A program made the translations under genes and the position numbers. Source: Anaeramoeba ignava BMAN (taxonomy: Eukaryota > Protista > Anaeramoebae). From it: a stretch of 57,615 nt of DNA. The stretch spans positions 1 through 57,615 of the forward strand of contig JAPDFW010000038.1 in the NCBI GenBank assembly GCA_028826165.1. The letters run 5' to 3'. The notes below the pieces were generated by a model. It ran no database searches. It was not told the origin of the DNA and saw only the letters and a list, made by a program, of their open reading frames with translations. This document shows positions 1 to 13,944 of the stretch, piece by piece (position 1 is the stretch's first letter; each line of letters starts with the position of its first letter).

Positions 1-2330
1 AAGTAAATAATATTGATAAAAATATTTTGAGGAATAAAAATAGATAATAAAAATAGATAAATAAATTATTGAATTGAAATGAAAAGAAAAAGAAAAGAAA
101 AGATATTATATTTAATAATAAATAAAAATAATTTAAATAAATTATTGATGAAATTAAAATACAAGTTAAAGAATCAATATTTAAATTAAATAAAATAAAA
201 TAAAATAGAAAATAAAATAATAATCATAAAATTTGATATTAAATAAATTAAATAAATAATTCCTTATAATAAATTAATAAAAATAATTTAAAATTCAAGA
301 AATAGTTCAATTTATGAATATAATAAGATAAAAATTTATCAAAAATTATTATATTATATTATATTATATTGAAAAAGAAAATTCAAAAATATTATTATTA
401 TCAATTTATTAAATAAATAAACAGAATAATGAAAAGAATAAATAAAAGAATATGAATCCAAAAGTAATAAATTAAATGTTTTTCAAGAAGAATTATGTTT
501 ATCTATAAACAATTTATTAATAAGAATATTTATTATTTTTGAAAAGAATATTTGAATAAATTAAATTATTATGAGAATATATCTTGTATAAATAAATTGG
601 ATTTAGAAAAATAATGAATATAAGAATAGAAATTTTAAAATTACAAAATAAATTAATATAAATAAAATAACCTTATATAATAAATATAAATATTCAAAAA
701 TATTTTGATATAATTAATTAGAAAATTAATTAGAAAAATTATTATCAAATTTCATCAATATTATTATTATTTAAAACTTCTTAAATAAATATTATAAGGT
801 AAAAATAAATATTGAATAAATCAGAAAGAGAAATATTATTTATCCCTTTTTTAATATTTGGAATGATTAATCATTTTATTATTGAAGAGATAAAATTTAT
901 TATTGATTATATGATTATATTGATATAAAAATTTTCATATATAGAAATTGTATTTAAAGTTCAAATAATATTAATAACAATTCTTGAAAATTATGAATTA
1001 AAATCAAATAAAAATAAAAATAAAAATAAAAATAAAAAGGAAATATTAAATATCTTGAAATTATTCTTAATTCAAATAAATATATTGAAAATAATATTCA
1101 AAAAATTTAGAAAAAAAACAATTTTTTAATTAATTAATTAAGGTTTATAATCAATTTAAATAATATTTCAAATCATTTATAAAATAATTAATTATAAAAT
1201 AACAATTCTTACATAATTATATTATGTAACAAAAACCTAATAATATTATTATTATTAAAAAGAAATAATATCAAAGAATAAATTTAATTGTTAATAAACA
1301 TATTAAATCAATTTTATTTAAAAAAATTAATTTATATTCATATATTTTGACTTTTTGGAATGAAATAAACATTTCTAATTTCATAATTCAAATAAATATA
1401 AGAAGATAGAAAATAATAAAAAATTAAAATAAAATTAGAAAATCTTAATTCAAGAAATTATATTCAATATTTATAAATAAGATAGAAATAAGGAATACAA
1501 AATATTTCAAAATAATTCAAAGAATATTTATTTTTTAGAAAGATAAAAAGAAATTAGAATGAATCAAGGATAGAAAAAAAAATAACTTATTTAGAAATAA
1601 TTAAATTATAAACCAAAAATCAAAAGAATAAAAATATCTAAAATATCAAAAAAATATTATTCTTCTAAAATTAATAATTTTCATAAATGGAATCAATAAA
1701 TATACTTATTAAAATGAAAAAATAATATGAAATATATATCTATGTTATTTAAAGAAAAGAAAAGAAATATTAAATTATTTTCTTTATTTGTAAATATTAA
1801 ATTTATCAAGAAATAAGAAATAAATGAATAAAAATCAATTCATTCAATTAAATAAATAAACAAAAAAAAAACTAATAAAAGAAATTAACAGAAGGTAAAT
1901 ATATGAAAAAATAAACAATAAAATATATTCAGAAGATATTTGAAATTATATCATAATTTATAGTTAATGGGAAATAGAATATAATATAAGAAAGATGAAT
2001 AGAAAATGAGAAATAATGAAGAAAATCAAATTCAATATCAAATTCAATAATGATAATAAAATTAATAAGATAAATAACAAAGATAATTCTGAAAATAAAA
2101 ACAAATTCAAAAATAAAAACAAATTCAAAATACGAAAGAAAAATTCAAAGAAAATAAATTATAACAAAAGAAAATAAATCTAAGAAAGGATACAAAGAAT
2201 ATTTGGAAATATAAATTAACAAAGATATCAGAATTAGAGTTAGAATCAAAATAATGAAAAGAATAATCAGAATATTATACAGATTATTTGATAAATTATT
2301 CTTAATTGGAAAGATTAAATAGAATATGAT
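1..2330 (+). pseudogene. Possible heavily decayed coding sequence, unidentifiable
   Basis: Non-repetitive, A/G-skewed, codon-like sequence (GAA/AAA/AAT/ATT-rich) with no ORF of 60 aa or more and frequent stops. No recognisable motif. Confidence 0.25.
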
Positions 2331-3074
2331 TATAAAAATTAATTTAAAAATGAATTATTCCATTTTCCTTTATTTTCTTTTTATCAAAATTACTTCAAAA
2401 AAAAACATAAAAAAAACATGTAGAAATCTCACTTATGATTTTCTTAATAAAATTAAAAATCAAAATCTTATTTGATATTTCCCCAATTTCAAATTAAATT
2501 AAATTAAATTAAATTAAAATTAAATTTAATTTTTTCAAATGAACTAAATAAATATTATTTTATTTGGGAAATTTGTTTTTGTTTTTATTCAAAAGAAAAA
2601 ATCACAAAAAAAATGTTTATTTTTACATACTATTTTTTTCAAAATAAAATAAAAACAAATTTTCATTCAATAAATAATTCATTTTTCAAAAAGGAAAAAA
2701 GAAAAAAAAGTAAATTTTGATTTTGATTTATTTTTACTTCCTATTATAAATAATTTAATATTATTCAATTTAAAATAAAAATTGATTATTTTTGATATTT
2801 ATTTATTATTTAAATAAAATAATTTTTTTAATTTTTAATTTTTTTGTTTTTAAAAAATAAAATTATTTTTAAATTGAAAATTTTTATAAATTTTAAATCT
2901 TGTTTTAATTAATCTGAATTAATAAAATGATTAAAAAATTCAAAAAGTTGTTTTTGCAAAAAAATAATGTAATAAAATGATTTTGAAATAATTTGGATTT
3001 TTGATTTAAATTTTTATTGAAAAAATTGTTATTTAAAAAACAAATTTTAATTTTAAAAATAAAAATTTTAAATT

Positions 3075-4900
3075 TTTGAAATAAAAAATATTATTCCTCA
3101 TTTTAATTTTTATTTTTGATTTTAGAAATTAATAATTTGTTATTTTAAATTAAAATTAAATTAAATTAAATTCAAAAAGAAAATGTTTTTGTTTTTGTTT
3201 TGATTGATTTATTTATTATTTAATTTCAAAAAAATTTACATCTTGAAGGTTTAAATTAATTTCAATTTCAACAGGATTGATTTTCAAATTTTAATTTGAA
3301 AATTTCTTCTGTTATTGATTTATTTCAAAATCAAATGAAAAATTGGTGTTTTCTTTTAAAGTTTTTAAATTTCAAAAATTTTTAATTTTAAAATTTTAAT
3401 TAATTTAGAAGTTTATTTTAAATTGAAATTTTTATTTAAAAAATTATATTTAAATCCCTTTTTATTTTTGATTTTGAATTTATATTTATTAAAAATTTTA
3501 AAAAATAAAAATTTAAAAATATCTTTTTGAATTTTAATTAAAAATAAAACATTTTTGATTTTTTTTTATTTTTATATTTAATTTTGATTTTTGATTTTTG
3601 TTTTTAATTTTGATTTTTGATTTTGAAATTTTTCAAAAATTTTTTGAAAAGGAAAAATTTTTAAATTTTTTACTTCTTTAAATATTTTGTTTATGAATTT
3701 TGATTTTGATTTTGATTTTAAAAATTTTGAGTTTTTTGATTTTGATTTTTGTTATTTTTTTCCTTTTTGATTTTTATTTTTGAATTTAAATTTTGATTTT
3801 TATTTTAATTTTTAATTTTTTGATTTTTAATTTTGATTTTTTGATTTAAATTTTGATTTTAGAATTTTGATTTTTTTTATTATTTTCAATTTTGATTTAA
3901 AAAATTAAAAAAGAAAATTTTTTTTGAATTTTTTCTTTTTAATTAATTTTGGGTTTAAAAAGGAATTGAAATTTTTAAATCAAAAAATATTTTTCATTTA
4001 TTCTTCATTTATTTTTAATTATTTAATTTTAATTTTAAATTTTAAAAATAATAAATTAATTATTTTAAATATTATTTATGAAATGGATCATTATTTTATA
4101 TTTTCAGAAATTTTTAAAAAAAAAATAATGTTGATTTATTTATTATTTATTATTTAAATTCAAAAAATAATTTACATCTTGAAGGTTTAAATTAATTCCT
4201 TTGTTTTCAATCATTAATTTAATAATTTCTTCTGTTATTGATTTATTTTCAATCAAATAATGAATTGGTGTTTTCTTTTGAGTTTTTTAAATTTTCCAAA
4301 AAAAAATTTAATTTTAAAAATTTAATTAATTTAGAAGTTTATTTTAAATTGAAATTTATTTATGTATATTTACTCCCTTTTTTATTTTTGGATTTTGATT
4401 TATATTTATATATTGATTTTATTTAATAAAAAATATCTTTTTTTTTGAATTTTACATCCTATTTTTGATTTTGATTTTTGATTTTAATTTTGATTTTGAT
4501 TTTGATTTTGATTTTGATTTTGATTTTGATTTTGATTTTGATTTTTGATTTTGATTTTGATTTTGATTTTGATTTTGATTTTGATTTTGATTTTGATTTT
4601 GATTTTGATTTTGATTTTGATTTTAATTTTGATTTTGATTTTGATTTTGATTTTGATTTTGATTTTGATTTTGATTTTGATTTTGATTTTAATTTTGATT
4701 TTTGATTTTGATTTTTTTGAATACTTTCTATTTAATTAATTTTAAAAAAAAATGAATTAATTTTTGAGTTTTGAAATAAAAATATTATTCTTCATTTTAA
4801 TTTTATTTTTAATTTTGGAAAATAATAATTTGTTATTTTGATATTATTTTTTAATTAAATTATATTTCCAAAGAAAAATAATGTTTATTTATTTATTATT
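3075..4900. repeat. Diverged local segmental duplication
   Basis: TTTACATCTTGAAGGTTTAAATTAATT...TTCTTCTGTTATTGATTTATTT...AATTGGTGTTTTCTTTT occurs at ~3235-3500 and ~4170-4420. GAAATAAAAA(A)TATTATTC(C/T)TCATTTTAA...AATAATTTGTTATTTT occurs at ~3078 and ~4773. Confidence 0.65.
4460..4715. repeat. (GATTTT)n hexanucleotide microsatellite
   Basis: Directly visible. It explains the ILIL/DFDF ORFs at 4478 and 4545. Confidence 0.95.
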
Positions 4901-7900
4901 TATTATTGTATTTTATTTTCTTTTCAAAATATGAACATGAAAAATAAATAATATTTCTGTAAAAAAAAGAAAAAGAATCACTTTTGAAGTTATTTCACTT
5001 TGTAAAAGAAAATTATTCTTTCAATATTCAGATTCATTGATTTATTAAATAAAAAAATTTCCTCAAAAAATAAAAATGAAAAAAAAATTTATATTGTTTA
5101 TTTGAAATAGATTTTTGATAAATCTTTCCTTTAATTGTTTAAATTAAAATCAACTGGAGAAAAAAAATTGAATTTAAATTTTTATTTGGGAATTTTGATT
5201 AAAAAATGGGATTAAAACTTTGAGAAAAAAAAATGAAAAAAAAATAAAAGAATTATTAGGGAAATTATTTATTGTTAATTTCAAAAATAAGAGAATAATT
5301 CTCTTCTTTTCAAAATTTTGGATAATTTTTATGTATTCAATTTTATTCAATTTTATTTTATTTGTTCATGTTAAAATCTCTCTTCAAAATGATAATGATA
5401 ATGATAATATAATCTATTTTCTTTACAAATCCAAAAAAAGAATAAAGAAGATATATCAATAAATCAAGAGTTAGAAAAGGAAGTAAAACAATTAACAGAT
5501 AGTCTTATAAATGAAAGAAATCATAAAAAAAATAATAATTCAATTTCCCAATACTTATTGAAAATTACAAAAAAATTATCATACATTCCAAAAATCTTTT
5601 TGTAGATGATTTATTGAATTTTTATTTATTCTCAAAATTAATACATAATTTATCTCTCTCAATTATTCAAAATTTTTAAAAAGTTTTTTTTTAATTGATT
5701 AGTTAATTATTCAGAATTAAAGTAAAATTTACTCTTTATAATTGATGAAATTAATGAACCTCATTTTTTATAAGAATAATTAACAGAAATTTTAAAAAAA
5801 AATGAATTAAAGTAAATTATCAAAGTATGAGATGAGGGAAATTAATTGATTAATAAAAATAAAAAAATATTTTTTCTTTCAAATTAATGGAAGAAAAGTG
5901 GAAGATTAGAAGTTGAAACATCTTAAATATAAATAATAAATTCTGATAAAAAATTCTTCAATATCAAATATTTAAGTGAATAATTAACAAAATAAATATA
6001 TTTTCATATTTGAAAGTTTCATTGAAGATGATAATTTTTATGAATTTTTGGAGAATAATAATAATAACAACAATGAAAAAAAGAAATCAAGATAATATTC
6101 AAAATGAAAAAAAAAATAAATGATAATCAAAAAAAAAGAGAAAAAAATGAAGAAAAGTAAGTTCTCAAAAACCAAAATAATAAGTAACATTAATCAAATA
6201 ATCTGAAAAAAATTGTTATTTCTTATTTTTTTTTTTTTAATTAATATTCATCATAAATCTATTGATTTATTGATTTATTGATTGATTATTTGTTGATAAA
6301 AATAGAATAAAATTCTTGATGAAAAAAGGGATATTCTTCATTTCATAATTTTTTCTGTTTCCCTTTAATTTTGAAGTATGATTTAAATGAATCCCAAAAA
6401 TAATGAGAATATGAATAATTAAAATGTTTGAATCAAATTTTACATCTTAATTCTTTTTATTATTTTTTTTTTGAATTGAAAATATTCAAATTTCTTTCTT
6501 TTAAAACAAATTTTTATAAAAATTCATTCAATAATAAAAGAAAAGAAATATTTACATAAAAAAATCAATCTTCATTTTCAAAAAAAGATACAAATAAATT
6601 AATCTTAAATTTATTAAAAAGTTCATTGTAAATAAGAATTGAAAATTTATTTATTTATTCATTCATTCATATTCTTTTTTTCTGAATCTTAAATCAAGAT
6701 TAATTAGATTTAGGATATATTTCTGTTATTTTAATTCATGTTTTCTTGAAATAAATATTAATTACAAAAAAATGAACAAAAAAAGAAGAAGTAACTCGAA
6801 AACTTGAAAATTATTTTAGAGATAATAGAAAAGGAATGGAAATGATTGTTTTTGGTTGATGAATTTTTTGATTATTTCATTCAACTAAAGGAATTGAAAA
6901 TTATCCATCAAATTTTTTTTGTGTTTAAATAAAAATTTTTGAAAAATAGATAACAAATTAGAATATTTCGATTATGAATTTTTTAACTCAAAGAATCTCT
7001 TAAGATGAAATTTTTATCACTTTAATGTTCTATTACTTCATTTAAATGGAATTTTTTTCAAAGATATCGAAAAGATAATTATATTAAATGAAATGAAAAA
7101 GAAATTTTCAAAAAAATAAAATCTTTTTCCTTTTCTCTCAAATCTATCTCAAAATTTCAATATTATAATTCAATATAATTTTTTTTTTCTTCTTCTCACA
7201 TAAGGGAGAAATAATGATATTGATTTTGTAAAAAGGAAATGAAAATATGTAAAATTGAGAAAAGTATCCAAATGTTTTTATTCAAAATATTTTTCATTTT
7301 GAAATTATGTTTTCCACAAAATTAATTCGTTATTATCAACCAAAAAAAAATGAAAAGGATTAAAGAGATTAAGTAATTCTTTTTTTCATTGTGAATTTCT
7401 TCTAAGGGTGATTTTTTCAATTTTGGGAAAAACAAATTTTCTAATTTTTGAAATTTAAATTCTGTTTTTTATTTTAAATAATAAATCAAAATCAAAGAAA
7501 ATAAATATCTTCTTTATGGAAAAAAAAGAAGATAATAAAAGGAAATTGTAATAAAAAATCAGAAAAAGAAATAATTCAATTTTTATAATCTCAGAAAAAA
7601 AAAGGGAAATAAAATAAATTTGAGATTGATTTCAGATAATTCTTAATTTGTTGATTATCTGCTCTTATCATTTTTTTTTCAATTCCAACAAAATAAAATC
7701 AAATGGAAAAAAACTTCCCGATTTTTATTTTATTTTTTATAAATTTTGAGAAAAAAAATTTAATAATTTTAAAATAAATTAAAATTGAATTTTCTTTTGT
7801 TAATAAAAATAATAAAAAATAAAAATAAATATTAATAAATTTGATAAATTTGAATTTATTTTGAAAATAATCAAAATTATTAAATTTTTTTAAAATTATA

Positions 7901-8702
7901 ATTATTATTATTAAATAAAAATAAATACATCTTGTTTATTCCATTCAGATCTTTTTGAATAAAATTTGGAAAATTTCAAAATCAATTGGTTCCTTTTTGA
8001 AAAGTAATGAAATAAAGTTTCCTAAATTTGAATAAAAAAAATAAATGAAGAATAAATTAAAAATTAATTAAAAAGAATCAATTTGTTAAATTAAATAATT
8101 TGTTTTTTTTGAATTGATAAAAACTAAAAAGAATAATTTAAATTTTTATTAACTCAAAATTAAATAATTTAAATTTGTGTTTTTGAAATTAAAATAAAAG
8201 GAATTGAAAAATAATAAATTAAGAATGAATAAATAATAATTATAATTATCAATTTTTCTTTAGAAATTTTACTTTATTTCCTTCATTCTTTTTAATTTTT
8301 CATTAAATCAAAAATGAAAAACAAAATTTATTTATTTACTTATTTATTGGAAAAAGAAAATAATAAAGATATTATCTGGATTATTAATTATGAATAAAAA
8401 AATTTTTTTGATAAATAAATTAATTTTCAAATTGAATTTATATTTTTGATTTTTAATAATAAATTTCCAAATAATAAAATAGATTTAAAATTTTTTGTTA
8501 TTAAAAACAATTTAATTTAGATTTAATAATCAAAAAAACAAAAATTATTTTAAATTAATTATATCCTAATCAAAAAAAAGAAAATATAAATAAATTGGGA
8601 AAATAAATGATTAGAGAAAGTATTATATTTATTATTATTATTATTATTATTGATTTCATTTTTTTTTTCAAAAAGAGGAAATTTAATTTTATCAAATAAA
8701 TA

Positions 8703-10748
8703 CTATCATGTTCCTCGATAAGAGATTTTCCTCAATATGAGACTTTGAAAAATTCAGATGAAATCAATAAATAATAAAATAATAAACAAACTGCATATTT
8801 ATAATCTTAAATCTCATTTTTATTTTTATTTTTTTACTTTCAACTAATTCTTCTTTATTTCATTTTTTTTGTTTTTATGAGGGACACTTTTTTAGAAGAG
8901 AATTTTTTTTGTTCCTCAATAAGAGATTTTGGCTTTTTTTCTTTCGTAAGTGATGTTAAAATGAGGAAGAATAATATATAAGTAAGTTTGAAGGAGAAAG
9001 AGAAAAATTTATTGCAATTCCATATTTCGTATAAATGTAAAAAGATGATTAAACCTTGATTTTTCGCATTTTCCTCGATAAGAGACTTTCCCCTTTTTTT
9101 TTTTTCTAAATTTCCAAAAATTTTGGAAAGGAGAAAAATATTTTGAAACAAAAAAATTCAAGGAAAAAGAAGAGATTTAAGGAAATCAGTTCATTTTCTC
9201 TTTAAAAGTCAAAGAATGAAAAAAAAATCCAAAATCAAAAAATTCATTGATAATAGATTAAATGAAATAATTAAATGGAATTAAATGAAATTAAATGAAA
9301 TTAAATGAGATTAAATGAAATTAAATGAAATTAAATGAAATTAAATGAAATTAAATGGAATTAAATGAAATTAAATGGAATTAAATGGAATTAAATGAGA
9401 TTAAATGAAATTAAATGAAATTAAATGAAATTAAATGAAATTAAATGAAATTAAATGAGATTAAATGGAATTAAATGAAATAATTAAATGGAATTAAATG
9501 AAATTAAATGAAATTAAATGAAATTAAATGAAATTAAATGAAATTAAATGAGATTAAATGGAATTAAATGAAATTAAATGAAATTAAATGAAATTAAATG
9601 AAATTAAATGAAATTAAATGAAATTAAATGAAATTAAATGAAATTAAATGAAATTAAATGAAATTAAATGAAATTAAATGAAATTAAATGAAATTAAATG
9701 AAATTAAATGAAATTAAATGAAATTAAATGAAATTAAATGAAATTAAATGAAATTAAATGGAATTAAATGAAATTAAATGAAATTAAATGAGATTAAATG
9801 AAATTAAATGAAATTAAATGAAATTAAATGAAATTAAATGGAATTAAATGAGATTAAATGGAATTAAATGAAATTAAATGAAATTAAATGAAATTAAATG
9901 GAATTAAATGAGATTAAATGAAATTAAATGAAATTAAATGAAATTAAATGAAATTAAATGAAATTAAATGAAATTAAATGAGATTAAATGGAATTAAATG
10001 AAATTAAATGAAATTAAATGAGATTAAATGAAATTAAATGGAATTAAATGAAATTAAATGAAATTAAATGAAATTAAATGAGATTAAATGAGATTAAATG
10101 AAATTAAATGGAATTAAATGAAATTAAATGGAATTAAATGAAATTAAATGGAATTAAATGAAATTAAATGGAATTAAATGAAATTAAATGAAATAATCAA
10201 AATTCCAGAAAAAATATGGAATTTGTTAAGAATAAAACAAAAAAGTGATTTCTCTCCAAAATTAATTAAGATTAGGAAATAAAGAGTTTGAGATTTGAAT
10301 AAATTTGAAAATCATTTTTTTCTTGGTATTTAAATAAAAGAAAAATTTTATTAAAAAAAGCAAAAAAATTAAAAAAAATTTTTATCCGATATTCTGTTTT
10401 CATTTAGGATTTGGGAAAGAACCAAAAGATCCAATTATGATATGATTAATTGTTTTTGTGGAAAAACAAAACTTGAAAAACGGGATCGACGAAAAATTCT
10501 TTTTTTGTTGATCTCCAATAAGAATTTATTTAAAAGTCTCATATCGAGGAACAAATTTTTTGGTTAAAAATTTTGGAAAATTTGCCAAATTAAAAAAATA
10601 AATAATGATAACTCAAACTTAGGTAAGAAAAAGAAATATTCTATTCTCAAGTATTCGATATTTTTGCAAATAGAATTGAAATTTATGTTGAAATAAATGT
10701 TTAAAAAAAAGAATTTTCCGTTAAATCTCTTATTGAGGAACGTGATAG
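8703..10748. mobile_element. Non-autonomous TIR element (Tc1/mariner-type TA target duplication) carrying a 10-bp satellite
   Basis: Left end TA|CTATCATGTTCCTCGATAAGAGATTT (8703-8728) and right end AAATCTCTTATTGAGGAACGTGATAG|TA (10723-10748) form a 26-bp TIR with 2 mismatches, flanked by TA on both sides. The TTCCTCRATAWGAGA core recurs at ~8728, ~8912, ~9071 and inverted at ~10536. No transposase inside. Confidence 0.85.
9257..10193. repeat. 10-bp satellite (ATTAAATGAA / ATTAAATGGA / ATTAAATGAG)n
   Basis: About 90 near-perfect copies. Variation is confined to two purine positions. Confidence 0.97.
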
Positions 10749-11709
10749 TATCTATTTTTTATTTCTTTAATTTTTATCAATTTTTTTTTATTATAAAAAA
10801 AAGAATTGAATTTAGTTATTATTGATAAAAATAAATAATTATTAAAAAAGAAATCAAATATCTCTTTGTTTTTTGTTAATCTTTCTTCATTCTTGAATTC
10901 TATTAATTTCTTATCTAATCAATAATAATTAATAATAAAATTTTGAAAGAAAAAAAACAAACTTTATTTTCAAATTTGTTTTCAAATAATTTTTGATATA
11001 AGAATTATTTAGTTTGTTTTTTGATAAATATATCTCTAATCTTTTATTTTTATTATTAATTTAAATTTAATCATTTCAATTTTCTCAAAAGGAATTTAAT
11101 TAATTTGATAAATGTTTCTATTATCAACTTTCTCAAATTTTGAAAATAATATAATAATAAAAAATTATAATTTGTTATTTTTAAATTAAATTAAATTAAA
11201 TTAATCAACAATAATAATCAATTTTTTTTTGAAATTAATAAATCTTATTTAATTTAATTCCCAAAATAAAAAAGAGAAAGAAGAAAGGAGAAATATGTTT
11301 GTTTTTTTCCAAAATGGTAAAAATAAAGAAAATAGTTATTAATGCAAAAAAATGAAAAATATTATGTTAGTTTTAAATTTTAAATTAAAAAAATTTTATT
11401 CTCTTTCTTTTTTGGCAAAGAAAAATAATAAAATAAATAAAATAAATTATTATGATTTGAGAAAATAATTATGATAGAGAGAAAATATTGAATTTTTTTT
11501 TGTTTATGAAATAATATGAAGTTTATGAAAATTGAAATAAAAAGAAATAAATAGAAATAAATTATATTTTTATATTTTGAAATGAATTGATAAAAAAACG
11601 AACCTTTTCTCCCTAATAAAATAAAAGAAAAAAAAGAAAAAGAAATAGAAATTAATTTTTAAAAAAGAAAATTTGTTTTTAAATTAAAATAAATAAATTT
11701 TTGTTGTAT

Positions 11710-13932
11710 TATTTACATGTTTTGATTTTTTAAATTCTTTTTTTAATGGGTTTAATTTCTTTTCTTCTTTTTCAACAATGTCTAAATCAAAAATTAAATT
11801 GAATTAAATTAAATTAAATTGTATTTGTTTTTTATATTTAGAAAGATTTTAATAAAAAAATTATTTTGTTGTTTTGTTGTTTTAATTAATTTTACTTTTC
11901 TTTTGTTTGAATAGTTTTTGAATCTCTATTTTGTTTTATGAAATTTAATAAAAATTAATATTTATATTTGTTTTTCAAATTGAAATAAATTTATATTCAA
12001 TCAAAATAATTTTTGTATTTTGTTTGTGAAATAATAAATATGAAAAGAAATTTACCTTTTTTGTCTAAACCTATAACTCCTAAAGCTTCAATTCCTTTGT
12101 TATAAATTTCTTTATCTTTTGCAAAATTAACCATTGTTGAAATTATTGTATCAATTCCAGAATTGGTTTCAATTTGTGTTTTGTTTTCTTTTTTATTTTT
12201 TATATTTCAAAAAAAAATGAAAATTAATTTATTTTTATTTTTAATTTTGAATTTTGAATTTACCGTTTTCTTTTCCAATATTAATAATAATTAAAATAGA
12301 TTGAAGTTGAAGAAATCTGTTAAATGGGAAATTATTCATTGCTTCGATAATTAAATTAAATCCATTTAAATTTGGTAAATTAAATGAAATTCCTATTTTA
12401 AATTGATAATTATTATTTGTTTTGGTTTTTTTTTTGTAAAAACAAAAGAAAAAAGAAAGAAAGAAAATTTAAATAATAAAATTAAAAAGATTTTTTTGTT
12501 AATAAATAAAATCTAAATTTAAAAACTTAATTTTTGTTTTTGTAAAAAAGTTTTTACTCTCTTTTCTTTTATCAGTAAATTTTCTTAAAGCTAAACAACA
12601 ATTTTCTTGAATAAATTCATTTGTTGGAAAATTATTCATAGATTCAAAAATTAAAGAAATATCAATTTTCATTAATTCTTTTGTTTCATCTATTATTTTT
12701 GTTAAATAAATAATTTAAATAAAATAAAATTGTTTTTGTTTTTATTTTTATTTTTGTTTTTGTTTTTAAAATTGAAAAAAAATTATACCTTTATCATTTT
12801 CTTGAATTGAATTTTTAAGTTTTGTAAAATAAATTTTTGCTTTATCTAATGATTGAGTAATTTCTTGTTTTTGTTCTTGTTTTTGTTTTTGTTTCATTTG
12901 TTCAATTTTTTCTTTTTTCCTTTTTAATTTTCTTGTTTCTAATTTAATTTGTTCTTTTTTTTCTTCAATTCTTTTTTCTGTTTGATATTTAATTGCATTG
13001 AAGTTATAATAAGATATTATTCTTTTGTCTTCTTCTTTAAGTTCTTCTTCAATATTTGAATTTAATAAAATGGATTTGGTTTCATTTAAATTAAATGATT
13101 TTTTTTTGATTTGTTGAAATTGTTGAAAATTAAATGTTTGTGTTTGTTGAATTTGTGTGAATAAAATTGAAAAGAATTTATCATTATCAAAATATTCTTC
13201 TTTTTCTTGAGAATTAATAATTTCGTTTTGGTTTAATTTAATTAATGAATTTCGATTTAATCCTTCTTTCTTTTGTTTTTGTAATAATTTGTAAATGTTT
13301 TCTTGGGAATTTTCTTTCCATTTTTGTTGAAAAAGTTGTAATAATTGAAATTTGTTTTGAATTGATTGATGTAAGGAAATTAATCCAACAAAACTGATAT
13401 TTTGTTCAAGTTGTGAATTTTTGAAATCAAATCTTTGAATAATTTGTTGAATATTTGGAATAATAAATTCTTCACATTTTTCAATAAGAAATTTAGATGA
13501 AATGTTTTGACTTTTTGAAATAAATGATAGCAATATTATCAAGTTGTAGATATTCTTTCATTTCAAGTTCAATTTGTTTTTTAACATCATTTAACTTATT
13601 TTGATTAGCAAATTCCCAATATTTATCAAATTCTTCTTTATTAAAAGATAATTCTCCACTATAAATATATTCCATTATTGGTGTAACAATATTTGAATGA
13701 AAATTATTAAATGTTAATTTTGTCTGTTGTTTTTCAAAAATTTTGGTTAAAAAAGTTAATGAACGAGCAGTCAAAATGGATTTATGGCAATAAAGTATTC
13801 TTTTATCAATTCCACAATAAATTTGGATATCTGATGTTTTTTTTATTAAATATTGATAAAATTTGTTTCTGATGTTTTTATTAAAAATTCTTTAAATTTT
13901 TGTAATTCGTTTTGGTTTTGGTTTTGATTCAT
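11710..13932 (-). CDS. BTB/POZ-domain + armadillo-like repeat protein, multi-exon, two apparent frameshifts (pseudogene or assembly indels)
   Basis: ATG at 13932 ([13 protein letters not shown]). BTB motif [26 protein letters not shown]...[10 protein letters not shown]. Frame changes near ~13860 and ~13500. GT-AG introns at 12788-12690, 12557-12393, 12263-12188, 12055-11926 and 11895-11782 join exons in phase, giving ARM-like repeats [40 protein letters not shown] and [27 protein letters not shown]. The 3' end is approximate. Confidence 0.75.
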
Positions 13933-13944
13933 TTTTCCCTTTTT

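Noticed and set aside
4478-4739. Low-complexity ORFs (ILIL, DFDF, FIYL, FRFI, DLFS, KINL) here and at 22792-24743, 41104-41713, 54496-54987 and 55374-56263
   Set aside because: They are stop-free frames of 4-, 6- and 12-bp tandem repeats.
8855-9151. 98-aa ORF with repeated KSLIEE inside the TIR element
   Set aside because: The repeated peptide is simply the translation of the subterminal TTCCTCRATAAGAGA DNA repeats.
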